Assembly: GCA_022482735.1 (NCBI GenBank)
Contig: JAKVOO010000001.1
Span: 1,295,131 to 1,359,130 of the forward strand
Origin: Bacilli bacterium
GTDB lineage: Bacteria; Bacillota_I; Bacilli_A; RFN20; CAG-826
DNA length: 64,000 bases
Direction: 5' to 3'
Under the pieces are notes generated by a model. That model did not search any database. It had not been told where the DNA came from and was given only the letters and a program-made list of their open reading frames with translations. The translations under genes were made by a program, and so were the position numbers. Positions within the stretch are counted from its first letter, which is position 1. Each line of letters begins with the position of its first letter. Shown in pieces: positions 49,432 through 58,090 of the stretch.

Positions 49432-50828
49432 AAAGTTTTATGAATCAAAACAAAGATTTAAATTACCCATTAGTCAGTGATAATGACAGTTTTATGGAGT
49501 TAATTGATGTTGAAAAAGTATATCCGAACGGCGTTCAGGCCGTATATAACTTTAACCTCGAAATTAAGCAAAATGACTTTGTCGCATTGGTTGGACCGTC
49601 GGGTTGCGGCAAATCCACGACCTTAAGAATGATTGCCGGTCTCGAAGAGGTCTCCGCAGGTGCCCTCTATATAAAAAGAAAATTTAGCAATTTTACCCCA
49701 TCAAAAGATAGGAATATTGCTATGGTCTTCCAAAGTTATGCGCTCTATCCGCAACTTACGGTTTTTGACAATATTGCCTTTGGACTAAGAATTCTTAAAG
49801 TTCCCAAGAAAGAAATCGAAGATCGGGTTTTTGCCGCCGCTTCAATTCTCGATTTGGGAAAGTATCTTGATCGTCGGCCAAAAGAGTTAAGTGGAGGTCA
49901 AATGCAACGGGTGGCGTTAGGAAGAGCTATCGTTCGCAAAGCGGATATTTTCCTTATGGATGAGCCCTTGAGTAATCTTGATGCCAAACTTCGTTTACAG
50001 ATGCGAGCGGAGATTGTTCGCATTCATAAAGAGGCACATGCGACAACCGTTTATGTTACCCATGATCAGACAGAAGCAATGACGATGGCCAATAAGATTG
50101 TAGTTATGAACAAAGGATTTATTCAACAGATTGATGCTCCAATGACAATCTATAATCATCCGAGTAATTTATTTGTTGCTAATTTTATCGGCGCTCCAGC
50201 GATGAACATTATAGATGCCACCTATTTTAACGGACAATTGAAATTTAGTGATCAAAGTATAGTCCAATTAAGTAGTGATGTTAACGCGCAGATACGAGCC
50301 TTCTTTGTTCGGGAAATTGCCGAACTTAAGCAGGTGCTACAAAACGAGAAAAATACCAGCACCTTCTTTAAACAATTAGATTCAAGACTCATCAAAGAAA
50401 ATGACACCAAAATAGATATCGTTCCCCAAAAAGAAGATTTTATTCATCGCCTTATTAATAGGTTTAAGCGGGTGAAGCCATCTAATACCGATACTAATCA
50501 AAGTGGGGCCAAAGACAGATTAGAAGAATTACTCACTGCGTATCAAAGTGCCCTTAAAAGTCCATATGCTTTGAAATTTGGTATTCGGCCCGAAGATATA
50601 AAGCTTGTTGCTAAAGATGAAAGTCCCGCCTTCGCTCTTAAGACAAAAACGACCTTTGTTGAGCCATTAGGTTCAGAGTACATCGTTCATACCGAATGGA
50701 ATAATAGTGACCTCATTGTCAAATTGGATGTGACAAGTGTGGTCGATAACGATCAGGAAGTCGTTTTGAAGTTGAACTTAGACAAAATACATTTATTTGA
50801 TCCCAACAATGGGAAAGCAATCTGCTAA
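49428..50828 (+). CDS. Sugar ABC ATPase (MsmK/MsmX/MalK-like) with C-terminal insertion
   Basis: GPSGCGKST, VFQSYALYP, LSGGQ, DEPLSNLDAKLR, VTHDQ, GIRPE. Confidence 0.93.
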   Translation: MKSFMNQNKDLNYPLVSDNDSFMELIDVEKVYPNGVQAVYNFNLEIKQNDFVALVGPSGCGKSTTLRMIAGLEEVSAGALYIKRKFSNFTPSKDRNIAMVFQSYALYPQLTVFDNIAFGLRILKVPKKEIEDRVFAAASILDLGKYLDRRPKELSGGQMQRVALGRAIVRKADIFLMDEPLSNLDAKLRLQMRAEIVRIHKEAHATTVYVTHDQTEAMTMANKIVVMNKGFIQQIDAPMTIYNHPSNLFVANFIGAPAMNIIDATYFNGQLKFSDQSIVQLSSDVNAQIRAFFVREIAELKQVLQNEKNTSTFFKQLDSRLIKENDTKIDIVPQKEDFIHRLINRFKRVKPSNTDTNQSGAKDRLEELLTAYQSALKSPYALKFGIRPEDIKLVAKDESPAFALKTKTTFVEPLGSEYIVHTEWNNSDLIVKLDVTSVVDNDQEVVLKLNLDKIHLFDPNNGKAIC

Positions 50829-50865
50829 CCATTAGAAAATAACAAATTCCAGAGGAGGATAAATC

Positions 50866-52686
50866 ATGCGAATTGTTAAAAAGTTACATGCTGTAGTCGT
50901 TGGATTAGTAGCAATTCTTGCTGTCGCTGGTTGCAGTGGAAGTGGGAGTTCCAATACGCTAGGAAACTCAGATAGCTCCATTACATCAACCAGTCCTTAT
51001 TCATTACAAATTACCGTCATTGGTAGTAGTGAGATTAGTGTTTCTAAAACTGTGCAACTAAGAAGTACCGTTACCGGAACCACGCAAAAAGATGTTACTT
51101 GGAGTAGTGCGGATGAAAGTATCGCTTCAGTTAGCGATCGGGGACTTGTAACCGGAATTAAAGAGGGGAAGACGAATATTACAGCGACATTAGATTTAGA
51201 TTCCAGTGTTAAAGCGACGGTTGAAATAACGGTTAATGCCGCTGCTTCTCCGACGGCGATTACAATCAGTGGTGCCACTTCCGGCCTCGCTTGGATTGAC
51301 GAAGATGTAAATCTTTCCGTAAGCGCCACCCCAGTTGAAGCTAGTGCCTTGGTTAATTGGGAATCATCAAATGAAGAGATTGCCACCGTAAGCCAAGAAG
51401 GAGCTGTCCATTTTCTTTCTCCAGGAAATATTGTAATCATGGCCACAAGCACTGCCGATGCCAATGTATCTGATTATCTAGAATTTGAAGTTAAATATGG
51501 AACCTTCTATAGCAATAAGGGAAGTTCTAATTGGGATATATCGCATCAAGCCGATGCCAATAATGCCAATATAAATCTTCCCGCAGAAGGAAGCTCAGGC
51601 TATAACGCCTTATATTTTAACCATTTTAAAGGTCAACGTTTCTATGCGGAAGGCTTTTTCAAAACAGGTGATTTGACTGATGATGCTTGGGCATGGCAAG
51701 GAATTGGCGTCGGAACAGGTCTTAGTGATAGCGATAGCCGTTTCTTTACATTTTCTCCTTTTGCTCCTGGGCAAGGAAATAATCACAACAAAACCATCGT
51801 TCGTGATTGGCCCACAACTTGGGGCGAACTTACTGATCGGTCGCAAGTATGGGGGGAGAATGGTCTTAATCAATTAGATAGTAAAGATGGCATCAAAATC
51901 GCAATGATACGCGATTATAACACCTATTACTATCTTATAAACGACAAATTATTCTGGGTGGATGAAACAACAAAATATGCAGATACGGACACCTATCCAA
52001 TTTTTATTGGATTTGATATTCCAGTTACGGTTACAAACTATGAGTTGATTAGTGATGACGCCGAGATTAATTCTATTTTAGCGGGAAGTGCTTTTGATAA
52101 ATCATTCTTTACTACGGGAGACGTGACCTACATTGATGATAGTGATTTCACCTTTAATAGTACGACGACATTAAGTAAAGATCACAAGATTAGAAGTTTG
52201 GGTGACAAAACCAAACTATATGGCAATTTCGAAGTTTCTTTTGATGTTGACAATATGACTTTTAATGGAGAGAAAGAATCCATTTTCCGGGGATTGAGTG
52301 TTAACTTTGTTCGCTATAATCAAGCGAACATCAACGAATCAATCTTACTTGGTCGGAGTGGACTTCAGGGTGGTAGCGACATCAAATCGCGTTATATGAG
52401 TTGGGACTATCAAAAGAGTATGGAAGACCCTACTTCCGTTATTAAAGATAACGAAACCACAAGTGCTGTGACTTCTGTATCATCCACGATGCATGTCAAA
52501 ATTCAGCGGATAGTCGATGAGGAATTTGCTGAATTTAAGGTTTATGTCAATGAGCAGTTGGTAAGTTACGACTATAACAGCAATAAAACTGGTGTTTACT
52601 ATACCGGAGCCTATCTTCTTTGGGTAGGTGGCGAATATAGCGGTAGCCATGTCACTAACTTTGTTTTCAATAATTTGGGAAATTAA
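50866..52686 (+). CDS. Lipoprotein with two Big_2-type Ig domains and an unrecognised Trp-rich beta domain
   Basis: VAGC lipobox; VTWSSADESIASVSDRGLVT and VNWESSNEEIATVSQEGAV repeats; WGELTDRSQVWG motif. Confidence 0.75.
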   Translation: MRIVKKLHAVVVGLVAILAVAGCSGSGSSNTLGNSDSSITSTSPYSLQITVIGSSEISVSKTVQLRSTVTGTTQKDVTWSSADESIASVSDRGLVTGIKEGKTNITATLDLDSSVKATVEITVNAAASPTAITISGATSGLAWIDEDVNLSVSATPVEASALVNWESSNEEIATVSQEGAVHFLSPGNIVIMATSTADANVSDYLEFEVKYGTFYSNKGSSNWDISHQADANNANINLPAEGSSGYNALYFNHFKGQRFYAEGFFKTGDLTDDAWAWQGIGVGTGLSDSDSRFFTFSPFAPGQGNNHNKTIVRDWPTTWGELTDRSQVWGENGLNQLDSKDGIKIAMIRDYNTYYYLINDKLFWVDETTKYADTDTYPIFIGFDIPVTVTNYELISDDAEINSILAGSAFDKSFFTTGDVTYIDDSDFTFNSTTTLSKDHKIRSLGDKTKLYGNFEVSFDVDNMTFNGEKESIFRGLSVNFVRYNQANINESILLGRSGLQGGSDIKSRYMSWDYQKSMEDPTSVIKDNETTSAVTSVSSTMHVKIQRIVDEEFAEFKVYVNEQLVSYDYNSNKTGVYYTGAYLLWVGGEYSGSHVTNFVFNNLGN

Positions 52687-52730
52687 TCCAAACAAAAAGT
52701 TTGGTTAATGTAAAAAGATAAGGAGGAAAA

Positions 52731-54359
52731 ATGAAAAAAACGAAGCTTTTTACAAATTTGTTTTCACTATCAATGGTCGCATTACTATTGGCTGCATGTG
52801 GCGGTCAAACTAGTAGCACTTCAAGCGAAGGCCTGACAAGTGAAACCCCGACGACAAGTGAAAATTCGGTTACAAGTGAAGAACCGACATCCACTTCCAT
52901 CAGTGAGTCTAGTTCAGAAGATTTGACGACGATAGCGGTTACTAATACGGAAGAGGGGGCTTGGGTAGGGGATACCCTCCAAATCACTTATGAGTCGAAT
53001 AAGGCCTTAGGTGATCAAGATTTAACTTTTGCTAGCAGTGACGAAGAAGTTGCAACTGTTTCTGAATCGGGTTTAATTACCTTCTTAAAAGCGGGAAACG
53101 TTACCATCTCAGTGACGCTTAAGACGGATATCGCCGTCAGTGATAATTTTAGTCTTGCTGTTAAAGATGAGATGATTGATCAAGCCTATGCTTTTGGAAA
53201 TCTTGATTTTACAAATATTCGGGCGGAGAATCCGAGTGTTACAACCACTAAGACGAATGCCGATTGGCCATATGTCGAAGGGGTGTTTAAAAATGTTTAT
53301 GGTCAGAAGTATTATGCCTCAGCGACCTTTGCTATTACCGAAGTAAACTATGGCTGGACCTGGAATCGGGTTGCTATCGGTCATCGGGATCGACCAGCTG
53401 TTGAAGGCGATCACGTTTGGCGGGGATATAACTTGTCCTATGGTGACGCTTCGGGTAATCAGAAAAAGTCGGTGATGATGGAAACTCCTAACAATTGGGG
53501 TGAAACAACCGATCGTTCACAAGTATGGGGTCTTAATGGCTTAGCTCAATTATCCTTTGGAGTTGATGCCGATAGTGTTAAATTATCGACAATTCGCGAT
53601 GGAAATGAGTATTTCTACTTTGTTAACGATAAACTTGCATGGCAAGAAAAATATGACCAACGGTTTTTGGATGTTGACACAATGCCAACATTTGTTGTTG
53701 GAGATATGCATGCGACAATTAGCGACTTTGCAGTTGAAACTGACAGTGAAGCGATTGACGCCATGCTTAATGGAGCGGAAGCCAGCCGCTTGTTGTATCC
53801 AACCTATGCCAGCAATGTAAGTGTTGATGATGCCGCCAAAACGATAACTTTTGCTAACGCCGCCGCAAGTTGGCCTTGGAATAATATCAAAGATAATGCC
53901 GCTAAATCGCTCGGAGATGCTTTCTCGCTTCCAGCCGCTAACGCGTCAGTATCATTCGACTTTGCGGTTGCTAATTATGTTGATCCAGATAGTGCGGCTT
54001 TGACATTAACACTCAATCAATGGGGAACGAATAGCGCCTCTAATGGACCAAGTGAAGCGGTAACCTTTATGTTTGGAAAGGATAGTGCCGGCATTACTGT
54101 GTGGAATAGTAACGGCGACCTACCAGTTACTCCCAATATGTCACTAGCCTATCCAACGGCTTTACAAGCAACTAATTCGGTGACGATTACTAGGACGATT
54201 GTAGAGGGAAATACCTATTTCACCTTAGAAATTAATGGTGAAACGGTTGACTTAAATTCCTGGTATTTCGGTGGCTATGCGCTGCCTTATACGATGTCAT
54301 TTGGTTCTCGTCAGGTTAATGCGACTGTCAGTAACTATCAAGTGTCAATTTTAGACTAA
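52731..54359 (+). CDS. Paralogous lipoprotein with one Big_2-type Ig domain and the same Trp-rich domain
   Basis: LAAC lipobox, long S/T/E stalk, FASSDEEVATVSESGLIT, WGETTDRSQVWG. Confidence 0.75.
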   Translation: MKKTKLFTNLFSLSMVALLLAACGGQTSSTSSEGLTSETPTTSENSVTSEEPTSTSISESSSEDLTTIAVTNTEEGAWVGDTLQITYESNKALGDQDLTFASSDEEVATVSESGLITFLKAGNVTISVTLKTDIAVSDNFSLAVKDEMIDQAYAFGNLDFTNIRAENPSVTTTKTNADWPYVEGVFKNVYGQKYYASATFAITEVNYGWTWNRVAIGHRDRPAVEGDHVWRGYNLSYGDASGNQKKSVMMETPNNWGETTDRSQVWGLNGLAQLSFGVDADSVKLSTIRDGNEYFYFVNDKLAWQEKYDQRFLDVDTMPTFVVGDMHATISDFAVETDSEAIDAMLNGAEASRLLYPTYASNVSVDDAAKTITFANAAASWPWNNIKDNAAKSLGDAFSLPAANASVSFDFAVANYVDPDSAALTLTLNQWGTNSASNGPSEAVTFMFGKDSAGITVWNSNGDLPVTPNMSLAYPTALQATNSVTITRTIVEGNTYFTLEINGETVDLNSWYFGGYALPYTMSFGSRQVNATVSNYQVSILD

Positions 54360-54370
54360 AAAATAAATTG

Positions 54371-54398
54371 GTTGCTAGGGGAGAGATCCCCTAGCAAC
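54371..54398 (+). promoter_or_regulatory. Intercistronic 12-bp hairpin with GAGA tetraloop and no U tract
   Basis: gttgctagggga-GAGA-tcccctagcaac. Confidence 0.7.
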
Positions 54399-54409
54399 AT
54401 CAAAGAAAT

Positions 54410-56593
54410 ATGGTAATTATGATAAATTTTGATCGTCAACGAAAAACATTTTGCCTTCGAAATCGCTATTTATCCTATTGGTTTTATGTAAATGAAGCCA
54501 ATATTCTTCAGCATCTATTTTTGGGAAGTCCGCTTGCGGATATTAATCTACTTGCACTTACGAATTTGGATACCGATTGGTCGCGAACTTATCTTGATAA
54601 AAATACCAATCTGGAAGGTAGCTATCAAGATGCTTTTTACGACGGAAAATCAATGATGGAAATTCCCGGTTTTGGTTATGCGGATAAACGGGGAGCAAGT
54701 TTTATAATTGAAGATAGTAATAAAAATGTAGCCACGGATTTTCGTTATGTAAGTCATCGTATTTATCAAGGCAAGCCCCTTCTTAGCCAAATGCCTTGCT
54801 TTCGGGATGAAGGTAATGTTCAAACACTGGAAATTACGCTTCAGGATTTAAAGCGCGACATTACTTTGTTAGCGTCTTATACAATTTATGAGGATTATTC
54901 TTTGATTCTTCGGAATAATCAAATAATTAATAATGAAGAACAGCCGATTATTATTAGACGGGCCTACTCGCTAAATCTGGACCTACCCTCAAAAGACTAT
55001 TCACTCATTCATTTTCCGGGTGATTGGTGTAATGAAAGACGGGAAGTAGAAGAAGAAATAGATTATGGCTTAAAACGGCTATATTCGAATTTAGGTCGTA
55101 GTAGCCATGAAGAAAATCCCTTTGCATTTATCAAAGAAAAAGATGCAGGTGAGTATCAGGGAACTTGCTATGCCTTTTCCTTTGTTTATAGTGGTAATTT
55201 TGCCATCGATATTAATGTTGATAAGTTAAAGATGACGCGTGTTCAAGTTGGGATAAACGATGAGCAATTTGCTTGGAATTTAGCAAGTAAACAATCATTT
55301 GTGACACCCGAAGGGCTGATTGTATATTCCGCGAAAGGAATAAATGGCTTAACCCAAACGATACATGATATAACGCGCGAAAAACTCATTAATAAGCATT
55401 TCGTCAATAAAGATCGCCCCATTATGCTCAATAGTTGGGAAGGCTGTTATATGGACTTTAATACGGAAAAAATCATTCGCTACATTGATGATGTCGTCAG
55501 TATGGACGCGGAATTATTTGTTCTAGATGACGGGTGGTTTGGTCAGCGCAATGATGATAATACAAGCCTTGGCGATTGGACAGTTAATACCCAAAAGATC
55601 GATTTAAAGCGTATTATCGAACACTGTCATTCACTCGGACTGAAGTTTGGCTTATGGTTTGAGCCAGAGATGATCAACCCGCAAAGCGACTTATTTCGCC
55701 ACCATCCTGAATTTGCCTTGGGAGATCCGAAAGTAAATAGGTCCTTGTCTCGTCATCAATTAGTTCTTGATACGGCCAATAAAGCGGCAATTGATAATGT
55801 GTATTCGCAAATTATAACTATTCTTGATAACTATGATATTGACTATGTTAAGTGGGATCATAATCGAAATGTGGCGGACGCCTTTAGTTTGGCGGTATCA
55901 AATTATCAGCAGGGTGAAGTCTATCATCGATTAATGCTTGGAAGTTATGAATTAATAAATCGTATTGTTACTCGCTATCCCAACATTTTATTTGAAAGTT
56001 GTGCTTCCGGTGGTGGACGCTTTGATTTAGGGATGCTCTATTATATGCCCCAAGTATGGACAAGCGATGAAATGGATCCTTTGCAACGGTTATTTATCCA
56101 ATATTCTACCTCTCGTCTTTATCCGTTATCGACGATGGGTGCACATGTGGGGAAACATAATACAGCCATCTACTCAACTAAAGCCAAGATTAGTTGCCTA
56201 GGTATATTCGGTTATGAATTTGATCCGAAGACACTGGATGCTGAGCAAAAAAAAGCGGTTCTTGATGTGGCTTCAGTTTATAAACGTAACCGAAACTTAA
56301 TATATTCGGGTGATGTATATCATCTTTTGACCCCCTATAAGCAGAATTACATGAGTCTTTTAGTTGTCAGTAAGGATAAAAGGCAGGGCTTATGTCTTTT
56401 TAGCAATTTAAAGAAAGAAAATATTGAGTATCGATTTTTAAAATTAAAAGGGCTTGATCCCCAAAAAAAGTACTTTAATTCGTTTGACCATCAAGCTTAT
56501 TTAGGCAGCTACTATATGGATGTTGGCATCAATCTCTGTAAAGGGCTAACTTTTTTGGAAACATATTTAATCGAAATAACGATAGAAGAATGA
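54410..56593 (+). CDS. GH36 alpha-galactosidase (cytoplasmic)
   Basis: YSGNF, NSWEG, FVLDDGWFG, FGLWFEPEM, YVKWDHNR, CASGGGRFD, WTSD. Confidence 0.93.
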   Translation: MVIMINFDRQRKTFCLRNRYLSYWFYVNEANILQHLFLGSPLADINLLALTNLDTDWSRTYLDKNTNLEGSYQDAFYDGKSMMEIPGFGYADKRGASFIIEDSNKNVATDFRYVSHRIYQGKPLLSQMPCFRDEGNVQTLEITLQDLKRDITLLASYTIYEDYSLILRNNQIINNEEQPIIIRRAYSLNLDLPSKDYSLIHFPGDWCNERREVEEEIDYGLKRLYSNLGRSSHEENPFAFIKEKDAGEYQGTCYAFSFVYSGNFAIDINVDKLKMTRVQVGINDEQFAWNLASKQSFVTPEGLIVYSAKGINGLTQTIHDITREKLINKHFVNKDRPIMLNSWEGCYMDFNTEKIIRYIDDVVSMDAELFVLDDGWFGQRNDDNTSLGDWTVNTQKIDLKRIIEHCHSLGLKFGLWFEPEMINPQSDLFRHHPEFALGDPKVNRSLSRHQLVLDTANKAAIDNVYSQIITILDNYDIDYVKWDHNRNVADAFSLAVSNYQQGEVYHRLMLGSYELINRIVTRYPNILFESCASGGGRFDLGMLYYMPQVWTSDEMDPLQRLFIQYSTSRLYPLSTMGAHVGKHNTAIYSTKAKISCLGIFGYEFDPKTLDAEQKKAVLDVASVYKRNRNLIYSGDVYHLLTPYKQNYMSLLVVSKDKRQGLCLFSNLKKENIEYRFLKLKGLDPQKKYFNSFDHQAYLGSYYMDVGINLCKGLTFLETYLIEITIEE

Positions 56594-56604
56594 GGTAGAT
56601 ATTT

Positions 56605-57504
56605 ATGAAAGAAAAATTATTGCTATCAGAAATACATATGCGCGATCCATTCGTTTTTGTTGATCAAAAACAGCATCAATATTGTCTTTTCGGTACCACC
56701 GCGGATGGGTCAAAAGGGCGTTTTGAAATGTATATTAGTGATGATTTAGTTAATTTTAAAGGACCATATGTGGTTTTTGATTTGAAGGATAACGATAATT
56801 TTTGGGGGAAAGAAGATTTATGGGCACCGGAAGTCTATTATGTCGAGTCGCTTAAAAGTTATTTAATGTTTGCTACCTTTCATTCGCAAGATCACAAACG
56901 AAATACAGTGGCTTTAATTACCGATGATCTCTATAAACATGCCTTCACTCTTTATAGTGACAAGATTACGCCTTCAATGATGACTAATCTTGATGGAACT
57001 TTGTTCTATGAAAAGCAACAACCGCGCATCATTTTTTGCCATGAATGGCTGGAGATTAATGATGGTTCATATGTGTATGGAAAATTATCTCAAGATTTAA
57101 AGCAAATCGAAGAGGATAGTTTAAAAGTCCTTTTCCGTGCCAGTGAGATTCCTTGGAGTGTCTCCCCCTCCTTTTCTAAAAATGGCAATGATTATATTAG
57201 CGATGGACCATATGTAATCAAAAAGGGAGCCTGCCAATTTTTGCTGTACTCAACTTTTGGCGAAAACGGTTACCAAACCGGATATTGCTATACGAAGAAT
57301 AAGTGGAAAAGTATCCATCATAGCCAAGAGCCGTTAATTGAAAAAAATGCTGGGCATTCGATGGTGTTTACCGGTTTTGATCACAATGACTACATTATTT
57401 ATCATGCCAACAATGATTCTCCTGATGTTGTGCCAACTATTAAGCGAATCACAATAAAGAAAGGCGGGCTATTTTCTAAACCTCGTCTTATAGTGGCGGC
57501 TTAA
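56605..57504 (+). CDS. Cytoplasmic GH43 glycoside hydrolase (different subgroup)
   Basis: MRDPFV, LWAPEV, LDGTLF, FCHEW, SDGP, AGHSM; no signal peptide. Confidence 0.85.
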   Translation: MKEKLLLSEIHMRDPFVFVDQKQHQYCLFGTTADGSKGRFEMYISDDLVNFKGPYVVFDLKDNDNFWGKEDLWAPEVYYVESLKSYLMFATFHSQDHKRNTVALITDDLYKHAFTLYSDKITPSMMTNLDGTLFYEKQQPRIIFCHEWLEINDGSYVYGKLSQDLKQIEEDSLKVLFRASEIPWSVSPSFSKNGNDYISDGPYVIKKGACQFLLYSTFGENGYQTGYCYTKNKWKSIHHSQEPLIEKNAGHSMVFTGFDHNDYIIYHANNDSPDVVPTIKRITIKKGGLFSKPRLIVAA

Positions 57505-57571
57505 ATGTTTTTAAGCATGGATTAAATTTTAAAAGTCAATTTAAGTCTATAATAAGATGATAAACTTGGCT

Positions 57572-57598
57572 AAAAGTCTCTATAAATGAGACTTTTTT
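57572..57598 (+). terminator. Terminator closing the glycan operon
   Basis: aaaagtctc..gagactttttt. Confidence 0.8.
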
Positions 57599-57739
57599 CA
57601 TTGTTTGAAATAAAGCCAATTGATTAATTTGAAGTCATCCTTTAAGCGCGAGATTTAATCGGTAAAATTACTATCAATTGACACTTTTATTTAACGAATA
57701 AAGGTATATACTAACTAGGTGAAATGAGGTGCATTTTCT

Positions 57740-58081
57740 ATGAGTTATTATTTACTGTATGTAATTTCGGAAAATACTGATAATATGCATGCCATGTTAA
57801 AGGAACTTTCCCAAGCCGGGTTTAATGGAACGATTATTCCCACGGCGAGTCTTCGTCATGCGATAACCTGTGATACCTATATTGGCGATATGCCAATGTT
57901 CGGTAATTTAAACGATGTTGTCCACGACAAGTATCAATCCAATACCACATTGTATATTGTTGTAAAGGGTAGTGATCTTGAACGGGCCAAATCAATTGTT
58001 CGTGATGTCACCCAAAATTTCACTCTTACTAAGGGTGGAATGTTTGATGTCGAACTTCATGGCTATGAAGGGAGTTTTTAA
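57740..58081 (+). CDS. PII/GlnB-like small protein
   Basis: 113 aa; L.ELSQAGFNGTII...PMFGNL...GGMFDV pattern; coupled to antiporter. Confidence 0.55.
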   Translation: MSYYLLYVISENTDNMHAMLKELSQAGFNGTIIPTASLRHAITCDTYIGDMPMFGNLNDVVHDKYQSNTTLYIVVKGSDLERAKSIVRDVTQNFTLTKGGMFDVELHGYEGSF

Positions 58082-58090
58082 TAGACGGTT

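Noticed and set aside
57540-57570. dif site (ctataataagatgataaact)
   Set aside because: No TTATGTAAACT XerD arm at the correct spacing.
57505-57739. c-di-AMP or Na+/Li+ riboswitch before the antiporter operon
   Set aside because: No recognisable aptamer consensus; the main hairpin is explained as the upstream terminator.
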